From an uncultured virus (IMG/VR IMGVR_UViG_3300037488_001694) (lineage: Duplodnaviria > Heunggongvirae > Uroviricota > Caudoviricetes), in IMG/VR virus record IMGVR_UViG_3300037488_001694: a DNA stretch of 20,000 bases; one strand, given 5' to 3'. Shown piece after piece: positions 1 through 11,100 of this stretch. The notes under the pieces are model-generated. The model had not been told where the DNA came from. It did no database searches and saw nothing but the letters and a program-made list of their open reading frames with translations. A program made the translations under genes and the position numbers. The first letter of the stretch is position 1, and each line of letters opens with the position of its first letter.

Positions 1-195
1 CGGAATTAATTTTAAAAGATCTTGTGATTGGTCTTTTATAAATTGTATATCCTCATCGTCTAATTTAAACTTTTTATCCTTTTTATACTCTTTCGCTGCC
101 GACATCAATATCTTAACCAACAACCTAGTTTCTTTCGCCTCACTAGTTGCTGCGTTTTTGTATTTTTTAAGTTCGTCAGTAATTTTACTCATCAT
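1..195 (-). CDS. Hypothetical helical protein, 3' end outside the window
   Basis: Not in the ORF track. Read manually, ATG ATG at 195/192 gives MMSKITDELKKYKNAATSEAKETRLLVKILMSAAKEYKKDKKFKLDDEDIQFIKDQSQDLLKLIP with no stop before base 1. It is preceded by GTATTTAT on the - strand and is divergent from the 246 gene. Confidence 0.8.
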   Translation of the reverse strand, partial: MMSKITDELKKYKNAATSEAKETRLLVKILMSAAKEYKKDKKFKLDDEDIQFIKDQSQDLLKLIP

Positions 196-209
196 AAGTA
201 TTTTTTACA

Positions 210-217
210 ATAAATAC
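210..217 (-). promoter_or_regulatory. GTATTTAT upstream motif (putative late promoter) for the leftward gene
   Basis: ATAAATAC on the + strand at 210-217, ending 14 nt before the ATG at 195. The same motif precedes the + strand genes. Confidence 0.6.
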
Positions 218-227
218 TTCGTTTGCT

Positions 228-235
228 GTATTTAT
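228..235 (+). promoter_or_regulatory. GTATTTAT upstream motif (putative late promoter)
   Basis: Ends 10 nt before the ATG at 246 and sits back-to-back with the - strand copy. Confidence 0.62.
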
Positions 236-245
236 TAAAAAAAAG

Positions 246-3089
246 ATGGCACAACAGAACATTAATCAATATGTGTATCCGAAACTAAAAATAAGTTTCG
301 CTTTAGATACTTCAGATATGTCCTTATCGTCTGATGAGGTGGATTACAACCAAGAGGTTGTGTTCTCACCATATCTTATTGCCCAAACATATGGAAATAG
401 ATTACCTGTTTACTATGACCTTAATAGTTCGAACACCACACAAAATTTAACACTTACATATGGTCAATATGATTTTAGAAATTTAGTTGTTTCTGAAAAT
501 TATTATAATCCCGATAATTTGGATTTAACTTGTTTTAGTGCTCAAAGTGCTTGTGATATAGGTTTAGTCGGAATGGACAATGGTTTGGTAACATCTTTAG
601 TCGGTCAAACAATTACATTTACTAATGGATTATTTAATCAAACGGAAAAATTCCAAAGAACATATTTTGATAGAAGAATGAAGATGTTCCAAGTTACGGG
701 ATATACTTCACAATATAATAGATTTTCAGGTATTCCAAAAAATACTTTATATGAAATTGAAAGTACTGTAGAACCTAACGTTGGTAAATACCATAAGTTA
801 TATGGTGGTTTTTACCAAGGTTTCTATAAATTATTTGGTTATGATTATGAAGCGTTACCGGAAAGAACCAATAAAGGTTGGTCGGTAGAGATGTTATTAA
901 AACCAAGAATTATAAATGATAGGATACCAGGATCAGGTGATACAACATTAAATGAAATTTATCCTGATAATAAAAATACATTCTTTTATTTAGGGACACG
1001 AGCTGAAAATAAATTTTATCACCACGCAGATGGTCATCCAAAATGTTTTACGGGTTATACAAGAGTAACATCAGGATTAACGGATTGTTTAGTTACTTGT
1101 GCTTGTTGTAATACAGGAGTAACAAATAGTAGATGTATTTTTGTTTACCCTCCAAGATCTGTTGATGGAATTCACGATTACCATGTTAATTATGGGTGTG
1201 ATGTTTGTAGGGAACAAAAACGTTATTGTGGTTGTGATTGCGGTGAGGAACCTTGTGGTACTTGTGGTTGGGAATGTAAAACTCACCCATGTGCATTAAT
1301 AACGGGGGTTACCCCAACGCCAATGCCAATTGTACCTCTAATATGTAAACCATGTGTACCAACCCCTACTCCAACTCCTACTCCATCACCAACACCTATT
1401 TATTGTGAAGTAGTACCTCCTTGTGAACACCCTTGTCCTGATTGTGAAACCTGTGACGAATGTGTTGATTGTATTACCTGTGCAACCACAGGATATACAT
1501 CAATAGAAGATACTTGTGAGAAAGATCCATTATGGGATTCATTGTCTAATGCGTTTTCCGTTAAATTTTCAGGAGACCCAAGAAACCCAAGAATATGTGT
1601 GAAAGCATTAAGATTTACCGGTGACTGTGTCACAACAGGAAGTTGTTCAACAACAGGAATAACTCAAATGACAGGTTATACGATTGATACGTATTGTTCT
1701 CCAAATGGAATATATGATTATTGTATTAATAAATGCGATACATTTTTTGATTTAGAAAAGTGGGCGTTAATTGATGTTGTATGGCGAAGATACACTTGGC
1801 TTGATACTTGTGATTTACAATGGAGGGGTGGGTTAGGTGATATAACGGAAGTAAAATATTTAGATTCGTTAGTAAACGATACAACTAAATTAATAAAACC
1901 ACCATATACTCACGAAAATTGTAGTATTGATCCTGAAACAATAGAATTAGTTAGGCTTAACCAAAAATGGTTAAATGATTTAGAATTTAGAATGGGTAGA
2001 TTAAAAATCTATGTTAATGGAAAACCATTCTTTACTATTGAGAATTTTGAAGAAATTATTCCAAGACCTTTGGATACCGATAAAGAAAGACAAATTGGAG
2101 TTCCGTTTAATATGTCTTGGGGTGGGGGAACACAAGGATTACGTGAGAATTTAATTTTCTCTTCTTGTACTTTACCTTATACAGATTATATCCAAGACCC
2201 GGAATTATTCCCTGAGAATGTTCTTAGTGGAACAACATTTGCAGGAATGAGAACAAATATTTTATTGGAACAAAATTTTGGTGGAACATTTGAGGGAGGT
2301 ATTTCTCAATTTAGAATGTATGTTGACCCATTGACGGCACCTGAAATAAAACATAACTTTAAAATATTAAAGGACAGATTTAGTATGTTTGATCCTGACT
2401 GCCCTGATTGTGATCCTGTGGTATGTGAGGTAAATGATTTTGAGTATGATGTTGTTGGAGAAACACCAACACCAACGCCAACTATAACATCAACCCCAAG
2501 ACCAACTCCAACACCAACACAAACATTATTACCATTAGATTGTGAAAATTGTAATACTCAAGCTGTTTTACCATTACCAGGAAATAATATTACGTATTCA
2601 AGTGGTATTAGTATTTCTGCCATTGGAACAGGAAGTGTTACACCATACACATTCCCAACGGGAACAGAAAACTATTGTGGATTTACTGGTTTACAAAATA
2701 CGGTTTGGTTGGGTCAATCAGGATCGTTTACATATACCTTAAACTTTAGTCAACCAATTAATAATTTTAATTTTACTTTACTTGGATATGAAATTACAGG
2801 AGGGAATCCAGAATCTTTTACTATAACAACAAACACAGGAAATAACACACCTGAAATTATTTTATGTTCAGGATGTTGTGCATCAATTTCGGGGAATGTT
2901 ATAACCGCAAGTAATATAAATAATGATTGTGATCCGATTTGTGGTAATGGTTGTGGAGCGGGACAATTCACGATAAACAACTCAGTATCTTTCACGTCTT
3001 TAACAATTGCAGGTAGTGGAGGTAATGCGGGATCCGTAATGTCAATTTGTGATTCCATACCATCGGTAACTCCGACACCAACGCAGTAA
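246..3089 (+). CDS. Large Cys-rich putative virion protein with LamG/ConA-like motifs and Pro/Thr linkers, probably frameshift-truncated
   Basis: 947-aa ORF. LamG-like motifs are GWSVEMLLKP, RLKIYVNGKP and FEGGISQFRMYVDPLTAPEIKHNF. It also has CxxC/CxC clusters, TPTPTP linkers and a C-terminal beta-rich domain. The fold call is by motif recognition only. Confidence 0.75.
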   Translation: MAQQNINQYVYPKLKISFALDTSDMSLSSDEVDYNQEVVFSPYLIAQTYGNRLPVYYDLNSSNTTQNLTLTYGQYDFRNLVVSENYYNPDNLDLTCFSAQSACDIGLVGMDNGLVTSLVGQTITFTNGLFNQTEKFQRTYFDRRMKMFQVTGYTSQYNRFSGIPKNTLYEIESTVEPNVGKYHKLYGGFYQGFYKLFGYDYEALPERTNKGWSVEMLLKPRIINDRIPGSGDTTLNEIYPDNKNTFFYLGTRAENKFYHHADGHPKCFTGYTRVTSGLTDCLVTCACCNTGVTNSRCIFVYPPRSVDGIHDYHVNYGCDVCREQKRYCGCDCGEEPCGTCGWECKTHPCALITGVTPTPMPIVPLICKPCVPTPTPTPTPSPTPIYCEVVPPCEHPCPDCETCDECVDCITCATTGYTSIEDTCEKDPLWDSLSNAFSVKFSGDPRNPRICVKALRFTGDCVTTGSCSTTGITQMTGYTIDTYCSPNGIYDYCINKCDTFFDLEKWALIDVVWRRYTWLDTCDLQWRGGLGDITEVKYLDSLVNDTTKLIKPPYTHENCSIDPETIELVRLNQKWLNDLEFRMGRLKIYVNGKPFFTIENFEEIIPRPLDTDKERQIGVPFNMSWGGGTQGLRENLIFSSCTLPYTDYIQDPELFPENVLSGTTFAGMRTNILLEQNFGGTFEGGISQFRMYVDPLTAPEIKHNFKILKDRFSMFDPDCPDCDPVVCEVNDFEYDVVGETPTPTPTITSTPRPTPTPTQTLLPLDCENCNTQAVLPLPGNNITYSSGISISAIGTGSVTPYTFPTGTENYCGFTGLQNTVWLGQSGSFTYTLNFSQPINNFNFTLLGYEITGGNPESFTITTNTGNNTPEIILCSGCCASISGNVITASNINNDCDPICGNGCGAGQFTINNSVSFTSLTIAGSGGNAGSVMSICDSIPSVTPTPTQ

Positions 3090-3241
3090 GGACAGATGTG
3101 AATGACCCAAGAAGTTTTGACATATATGTTGGGAATTATTTAAATAGTCCAACAAGTTTCCCAAGTTCAATTGCGGTTTTAATTTATCGTCAAGTAGGTA
3201 CAAACCCACCAATTATTTATGACCCGAATTATTTTGTATAA
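3084..3241 (+). pseudogene. Out-of-frame C-terminal continuation of the 246 gene (apparent 1-bp deletion near 3084)
   Basis: The -1 frame is stop-free from 3053 to TAA at 3239-3241. Inserting one C (acg ca gta to acg cca gta) gives ...TPTPTPVRTDVNDPRSFDIYVGNYLNSPTSFPSSIAVLIYRQVGTNPPIIYDPNYFV*. This fills an otherwise unusually long gap before the motif at 3256. Confidence 0.62.
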
Positions 3242-3255
3242 AATAATTTGGTATT

Positions 3256-3264
3256 GTATTTATA
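3256..3264 (+). promoter_or_regulatory. GTATTTATA upstream motif (putative late promoter)
   Basis: TATTTAT at 3257-3263 ends 12 nt before the ATG at 3276. Confidence 0.62.
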
Positions 3265-3275
3265 GGTAAACAAAG

Positions 3276-4784
3276 ATGAGTCAAACTATATTAATAGGGA
3301 GTATTAATTATAACGGTGAAATTGCAACCGTATTATTTAAACCAGATAATGCAAATGTTGTTATCAATTTAGGTAATGTTGTCTTGCCGTATTTATTTGA
3401 CCCATCTTTATTAAACCCACCAAGAGAAATTTATGGTACTTATACAATTTTAGTTTTAGGGGATGATGGAAATTGCAAGACAGATTGTCCAAACATACTA
3501 CAAGTACCAAGACCGACTCCAACGCCAACCCCAACACTAACACCAACAAGAACATTAACACCGACCCCAACTCCTACGATTACTCCAACCCCAACCTTTG
3601 ATCCTTGTAAGGTTCCAACACCTACACCAACAACAACATCAACACCAACGATTACACCTACCAATACTCCAACACCAAGTGCGACTTGTACAAATCCATG
3701 TGGTTGTCCTGAACCAAGTAGAACTCCAAGACCAACAAGAAGTCCAAAACCAACACCAAGTGCAACAAGTGGGTATTGTTATCCAACACCAACACCAACT
3801 CCAACTAATACACCAACCCCAACATCAACTTTAACGCCCACAGTTATACCAACAAACACAGTTACGCCAACGAATACGGTAACACCAACTAATACGACTA
3901 CACCAACTAATACGACTACACCTACGGTAACTGAAACCCCAACTAACACACCTACCCCTACAATAACTGAAACTCCAACTAATACGCCAACAAACACAAT
4001 CACACCAACAAATACCATCACATCAACCCCTACAACAACACCCACAGTAACTAATACACCAACTTTAACAACAACACCAACTAATACCCCAACATTAACA
4101 TCAACACCAAACTTGGTCATATCCGGATTAATTATACGATTAGATGCGTATGATGAGTTAAGTTATTCGGGTTCAGGAACGAACGTTCTTAACTTACAAA
4201 CACCAGGAACGTATGATCACACATTAACAGGTGCAGATTATGTAGTTCTTAATGGTATAAAATGTTTTGATTGTACGACAGGAACTGACAGAGTCGTTGT
4301 AAATGGTGATGGACCTACATTACCAACATCAGGTTATACATATATTACTTGGGCAAGATTGATATCCAGTACCGCAGCATTTAGAACATTACTTTATACA
4401 AATGGTTCTACTAAAATCACACCAATTACAATCCCTGATGGTACAAATACTTTAGGATATTGGGACACCGCATTTAGAAGTTCGGGATATGATTTATCAG
4501 GTCAAACTAGTGTTTGGGTTCAATATGCAGTTGTTGGAACAAATTCATCTCAAAAATTTTATATAAATGGTTCTGAAGTTGGAAGTGAAATTGCTTTTGG
4601 TTCAGGTGGAAACACACATTGGGGATGGGGTAATAATCAGGGACCAAGTCAACCATTTGGATATGTTGCCAATATGTATTTCTATAATAGACAATTATCA
4701 CTTTCTGAAATAACACAACAATATAACTTCTTGGCCCCAAGATTTATTGAAGTAACACCTACTCCTACACCAACAGGAATATAA
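3276..4784 (+). CDS. Putative virion protein with N-terminal domain, mucin-like Pro/Thr stalk and C-terminal LamG-like (ConA lectin/glucanase superfamily) domain
   Basis: 502 aa with about 200 aa of TPT/TPTNT repeats. The C-terminal domain has phage LamG-like hallmarks: [32 protein letters not shown] and [18 protein letters not shown]. Confidence 0.82.
   Translation: MSQTILIGSINYNGEIATVLFKPDNANVVINLGNVVLPYLFDPSLLNPPREIYGTYTILVLGDDGNCKTDCPNILQVPRPTPTPTPTLTPTRTLTPTPTPTITPTPTFDPCKVPTPTPTTTSTPTITPTNTPTPSATCTNPCGCPEPSRTPRPTRSPKPTPSATSGYCYPTPTPTPTNTPTPTSTLTPTVIPTNTVTPTNTVTPTNTTTPTNTTTPTVTETPTNTPTPTITETPTNTPTNTITPTNTITSTPTTTPTVTNTPTLTTTPTNTPTLTSTPNLVISGLIIRLDAYDELSYSGSGTNVLNLQTPGTYDHTLTGADYVVLNGIKCFDCTTGTDRVVVNGDGPTLPTSGYTYITWARLISSTAAFRTLLYTNGSTKITPITIPDGTNTLGYWDTAFRSSGYDLSGQTSVWVQYAVVGTNSSQKFYINGSEVGSEIAFGSGGNTHWGWGNNQGPSQPFGYVANMYFYNRQLSLSEITQQYNFLAPRFIEVTPTPTPTGI
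3507..4109 (+). repeat. Pro/Thr low-complexity coding repeat (mucin-like stalk)
   Basis: Degenerate ACN-CCN repeats encoding PTPTPT, TPTNT and TETPTNT, interrupted by a few Cys (DPCK, CTNPCGC, YCY). Confidence 0.9.
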
Positions 4785-4803
4785 TTTATTTTTTTATTTC
4801 AAC

Positions 4804-4811
4804 TATTTATA
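4804..4811 (+). promoter_or_regulatory. TATTTATA upstream motif (putative late promoter)
   Basis: TATTTAT at 4804-4810 ends only 5 nt before the ATG at 4816. Confidence 0.58.
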
Positions 4812-4815
4812 GGAT

Positions 4816-5124
4816 ATGACACAAATACAAATAAATTCCATAACGGGATCAGCATATCCTTATACTCTTTACGCTTGTGATGTTTATGGTAATCAGTGTC
4901 TTTTAATTGCAACAATTCCATCCACAGCAACATTTCCTTTAATTATAACATTACCACCACAATTCAATGGTGCTCCCGCAGTTGGGTTGAAAATGATAGA
5001 TATTTTAGGTTGTGAATTATTTGGAGTTATCTATTGTCAAGGTGTTAATAAAGGTAAATTATTTGAGGATGGGGAGATATTCTTATTTATGGACGCAGAG
5101 ATTTACATTTTCCAAGACCAATAA
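4816..5124 (+). CDS. Small hypothetical protein, probably structural, with 4 Cys and an acidic/aromatic C-terminal tail
   Basis: 102-aa ORF with an upstream motif and tight packing between neighbours. The tail reads KLFEDGEIFLFMDAEIYIFQDQ. Confidence 0.8.
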   Translation: MTQIQINSITGSAYPYTLYACDVYGNQCLLIATIPSTATFPLIITLPPQFNGAPAVGLKMIDILGCELFGVIYCQGVNKGKLFEDGEIFLFMDAEIYIFQDQ

Positions 5125-5136
5125 TCATTTTTACAA

Positions 5137-5143
5137 TATTTAT
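5137..5143 (+). promoter_or_regulatory. TATTTAT upstream motif (putative late promoter)
   Basis: Ends 14 nt before the ATG at 5158 and is followed by an A-rich leader with no Shine-Dalgarno sequence. Confidence 0.6.
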
Positions 5144-5157
5144 TAATAAAAATAATA

Positions 5158-8100
5158 ATGGGATTTCAAAGACTTACGGATAGGACAATTGCCACAGGTG
5201 TATCACTTAATGATTTAATACATATCGTTATTACCGGCGACACGTCCCAAAATCCGGCAGGATCTTCATATAAAGCAACAATTGCACAAGTAGGTGCGGC
5301 AATCACAAGTGTTGGTACTTCAGGTACAGACGGTACTTCAGGTACAGATGGAACAAGCGGAATTAATGGAACTTCAGGGACAAACGGAACTTCAGGTACA
5401 AATGGATCTTCAGGTACAGATGGTACATCTGGAAGTAACGGAACAGATGGTACTTCCGGTACTAATGGGACTAACGGATCTTCGGGCACAAATGGAACCA
5501 ATGGATCTTCAGGAACAGATGGTACTAATGGGTCTTCAGGTACAGATGGTACTTCAGGAACAAACGGATCTTCAGGAACAAATGGCACTTCAGGTACAGA
5601 CGGCACTTCAGGAACGAATGGTACAGACGGCACATCAGGAACAAATGGAACTGATGGAAGTTCTGGAACAGATGGAACAAATGGAAGTTCGGGTACAGAT
5701 GGAACTAATGGAAGTTCAGGAACAGATGGTACTTCAGGATCTGATGGTACCTCAGGTACGGACGGAACTTCAGGTACGGACGGAACTTCAGGTACGGACG
5801 GTACAAGTGGAATATCAGGAGTAAACGGAACAAGCGGAACTAACGGAACAAATGGTTCTTCAGGAACAGATGGAACAAATGGTAGTTCGGGAACAGATGG
5901 TACTAGTGGTACAGATGGAACTAATGGAAGTTCGGGTACGGACGGTACTTCAGGAACGGACGGAACTAATGGGTCTTCAGGGACTGATGGTACGAACGGT
6001 ACTTCAGGTACTGATGGTACGAACGGTACTTCAGGTACTGATGGTACTAGCGGAACGGATGGAACTAATGGAAGTTCAGGTACGGATGGTACTAGCGGAA
6101 CAGATGGAACAAATGGTAGTTCAGGAACAGACGGAACAAATGGTTCAAGTGGGACGGATGGAACAAACGGATCAAGTGGTACAGATGGTACTTCAGGAAC
6201 AGACGGATCTAGCGGAACAAATGGTACTGACGGAACTAGCGGAACAAATGGTACTGACGGATCTAGTGGGACAAATGGTACGGATGGATCTAGTGGGACA
6301 AATGGTACGGATGGTTCTAGTGGGACAAATGGTACGGATGGAACAAGCGGTACAGATGGAACAAATGGATCAAGTGGGACTGATGGAACAAATGGATCTT
6401 CAGGTACTGATGGAACTAGTGGTACAGACGGAACTAATGGTTCAAGTGGTACGGATGGTACTTCAGGAACAGACGGAACTAATGGAACTTCAGGAACAGA
6501 TGGAACTAATGGGTCTTCAGGTACGGACGGAACAAATGGTTCAAGTGGAACCGATGGAACTTCAGGTACGGATGGAACTTCAGGTACGGATGGGACTAAT
6601 GGATCTTCAGGAACAGACGGTACGAGCGGAACCGATGGAACTAATGGTAGTTCAGGTACAGATGGTACTAATGGATCTAGCGGAACTGATGGAACTAATG
6701 GTTCAAGTGGAACTGATGGTACTAATGGATCTTCAGGTACAGATGGTACTAGTGGAACTGATGGTACAAACGGATCTTCAGGAACAGACGGTACGAGCGG
6801 AACCGATGGAACAAATGGTTCAAGTGGAACTGATGGTACAAACGGGTCATCAGGTACAGATGGAACCAGCGGTACAGACGGAACAAATGGTAGTTCAGGA
6901 ACAGACGGAACAAATGGTTCTTCAGGAACAAATGGTACTGATGGAACTAGCGGAACAGATGGAACTAGCGGAACCGATGGAACAAGTGGTACAGATGGTA
7001 CTAATGGATCTAGTGGCACTGATGGAACAAATGGCTCTTCAGGTACGGATGGTACTAGCGGAACAGATGGAACAAATGGAAGTTCGGGTACGGATGGAAC
7101 AAATGGAAGTTCAGGTACAGACGGAACTAGCGGAACAGATGGTACGAATGGGACTAGCGGTCTTTCAGGTGTAGATGGTACGGATGGTACTTCAGGTACT
7201 GACGGAACCTCAGGAACTGACGGAACAAATGGTTCTTCAGGTACTAATGGTACCGATGGGACTTCAGGAACAGACGGAACAAATGGTTCAAGTGGAACAG
7301 ATGGAACTTCAGGTACGGATGGTACTAATGGAACTAGCGGAACAGATGGAACAAATGGTAGTTCAGGTACAAATGGTACTAACGGAACGTCGGGAACTAA
7401 TGGTACGAATGGAACATCAGGTACGAATGGAACAAACGGAACTAGCGGAACGAATGGAACTTCAGGAACTAACGGTACAAATGGAACAAACGGGACTAGC
7501 GGAACGAATGGTACTTCAGGAACTAACGGTACTAATGGAACAAATGGTACCAACGGAACTTCAGGAACTAATGGAACAAATGGTACTTCAGGGACTAACG
7601 GAACCAATGGTACAAATGGTACTAACGGTACTTCGGGTACAAACGGAACGAATGGTACATCGGGAACGAATGGAACTTCAGGGACCAACGGTACAAATGG
7701 AACTTCAGGTACAAACGGAACTAGTGGAACGAACGGTACTAATGGGACATCAGGTACAAATGGTACTAATGGGACATCAGGAACTAACGGAACATCGGGA
7801 ACTAACGGTACGAATGGAACAAATGGTACAAGTGGTACAAGTGGAACTAACGGAACTAATGGTACGAATGGAACTAACGGTACATCAGGTACGAATGGAA
7901 CTAACGGTACATCAGGTACTAATGGAACAAACGGGACTAGCGGAACGAATGGAACAAATGGTACTAATGGTACTAATGGTACAAGTGGAACTAATGGGAC
8001 TAACGGTACAAATGGAACCAATGGAACTAGCGGAACTAATGGTACTAACGGAACTTCAGGAACTAACGGTACTAACGGAACAAATGGAACTTCAGGAACT

Positions 8101-11100
8101 AACGGTACGAATGGTACTAGCGGAACGAATGGAACATCAGGAACCAATGGTACAAATGGTACATCAGGAACCAACGGAACTAGCGGTACAAATGGAACTA
8201 ACGGAACTTCAGGTACGAACGGAACAAATGGTACTAGCGGAACTAATGGAACTAGCGGTACGAATGGAACTTCAGGTACTAACGGGACTAGCGGAACGAA
8301 TGGAACAAATGGTACGAATGGAACTAACGGAACAAGCGGGACCAATGGTACGAATGGAACTTCAGGAACAAATGGTACGAATGGAACTAGCGGAACTAAT
8401 GGAACGAACGGTACGAGCGGGACCAATGGAACTTCAGGAACAAATGGTACAAATGGTACAAACGGCACTAGTGGGACAAACGGAACTAGCGGTACTAACG
8501 GTACTAATGGTACTAATGGAACCAATGGTACATCAGGTACAAACGGAACAAATGGTTCAAGTGGTACCAACGGTACTAATGGGACGAATGGAACATCGGG
8601 TACGAACGGAACTAACGGTACTAATGGGACGAATGGAACATCGGGTACGAACGGAACAAATGGTACTAACGGTACTAATGGGACTTCAGGAACAAACGGA
8701 ACTAATGGTACGAACGGAACAAATGGTTCAAGTGGTACCAACGGTACGAATGGATCATCAGGAACTAATGGTACAAATGGAACATCAGGTACTAACGGAA
8801 CTAGTGGTACAAATGGAACCAATGGTACTTCAGGTACAAATGGTACCAATGGAACAAACGGAACATCGGGAACTAATGGAACTAACGGTACATCGGGTAC
8901 TAATGGAACCTCAGGGACCAATGGAACGAATGGAACGAATGGTACGAGCGGCACTAACGGTACTTCAGGAACAAACGGAACTAATGGAACTTCAGGAACA
9001 AATGGTACTAACGGTACGAATGGAACAGATGGAACTTCAGGAACTAATGGTACAAACGGAACTAATGGTACAAACGGTACTAGCGGAACAAATGGAACTA
9101 ATGGTACTTCAGGTACAAACGGAACAAACGGAACTAGCGGTACGAATGGTACTTCAGGTACTAATGGTACGAGCGGGACCAACGGAACTAATGGGACAAA
9201 CGGTACGAGCGGAACTAATGGAACAAATGGTTCAAGTGGTACTAACGGTACTTCTGGAACAAATGGAACTAGCGGTACTAATGGTACATCAGGCACGAAT
9301 GGTACAAATGGGACTAGCGGTACTAATGGAACCTCAGGTACAAATGGTACAAATGGTACATCAGGAACTAATGGAACAAACGGAACGTCAGGAACAAATG
9401 GAACCAACGGTACATCAGGAACAAACGGGACTAATGGAACCAACGGAACAAATGGAACTAGCGGTACCAATGGAACTAACGGTACTAATGGGACGAATGG
9501 AACATCAGGTACGAATGGTACTAATGGATCATCAGGAACTAACGGAACAAATGGAACTAGCGGTACGAATGGAACCAATGGAACTTCGGGTACTAACGGA
9601 ACTTCAGGTACCAACGGTACTAGCGGAACTAATGGTACTAATGGAACTAGCGGTACAAATGGTACTAACGGATCATCAGGTACTAACGGTACGAATGGAA
9701 CATCAGGTACGAACGGGACTTCAGGAACTAATGGTACTAACGGTACTAATGGAACAAACGGGACTTCAGGAACTAATGGTACTAATGGAACTAGCGGAAC
9801 GAATGGTACTAACGGTACATCAGGTACTAACGGAACTTCGGGTACTAACGGAACGAATGGTTCAAGTGGCACCAACGGTACAAATGGTACCTCAGGAACT
9901 AATGGAACGAACGGAACTTCAGGGACTAATGGAACTAGTGGTACGAACGGAACAAATGGTACTAACGGTACAAATGGAACTAGCGGAACGAATGGAACGA
10001 ATGGAACTTCAGGAACAAATGGTACGAGTGGGACCAATGGAACAAACGGAACATCTGGAACAAACGGTACGAATGGAACTAGCGGAACGAATGGTACTTC
10101 GGGAACAAACGGAACAAATGGTTCAAGTGGTACCAACGGTACTAATGGGACTAGTGGAACAAATGGAACAAATGGTACGAATGGTACTAGCGGAACAAAT
10201 GGAACAAACGGAACTTCAGGTACGAATGGTACTAGCGGAACTAATGGTACTAGCGGAACAAATGGTACAAATGGATCGTCAGGAACTAATGGAACAAACG
10301 GAACTAGCGGTACGAATGGTACTAGCGGTACGAATGGCACTAGCGGAACAAATGGAACTAGCGGTACGAATGGGACTAACGGAACAAATGGTACTAGCGG
10401 AACTAACGGAACTTCAGGAACCAACGGGACTAATGGAACATCGGGAACGAATGGAACCAACGGAACAAGTGGTACTAATGGAACTAACGGAACCAATGGC
10501 ACGAGCGGTACTAACGGAACCAATGGCACGAGCGGTACTAACGGAACTTCAGGAACTAATGGTACAAACGGTACAAATGGTACATCGGGAACTAACGGTA
10601 CAAATGGTACATCAGGTACGAATGGTACTAATGGAACTTCAGGCACAAACGGTACGTCAGGGACCAATGGAACAAATGGTACTAGCGGAACAAACGGAAC
10701 TAACGGAACATCCGGAACTAATGGAACTTCAGGTACTAATGGCACAAACGGTACGAATGGTACATCAGGAACTAATGGAACTAATGGTACTAGCGGAACA
10801 AATGGTACTTCAGGTACAAATGGAACAAACGGTACTTCAGGAACTAATGGAACATCTGGAACTAATGGAACGAACGGTACTAATGGAACTTCAGGTACTA
10901 ATGGTACAAATGGATCGTCAGGAACAAACGGAACAAATGGTTCAAGTGGTACCAACGGAACATCGGGTACAAACGGAACTAACGGTACTAATGGGACGAA
11001 TGGAACTTCAGGTACGAACGGAACAAATGGTTCAAGTGGTACCAACGGTACAAATGGAACTTCGGGTACGAACGGAACTAGCGGAACTAACGGAACGAAT

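Noticed and set aside
1089..3058. Short overlapping ORFs at 1089, 1400, 2542 and 2750 (also 4507, 6749, 18264, 19063 and 19336)
   Set aside because: They lie within or largely overlap longer well-supported genes and have no recognisable motifs or start signals.
3214..3220. Extra TATTTAT followed by ATG at 3219
   Set aside because: The ATG overlaps the motif and opens only 16 codons. It lies inside the probable frameshifted coding tail and is likely chance.
3364..4120. Antisense Val/Gly-rich ORFs and the Gln/His-rich ORF at 3598-3834
   Set aside because: These are alternative-frame readings of the Pro/Thr repeat.
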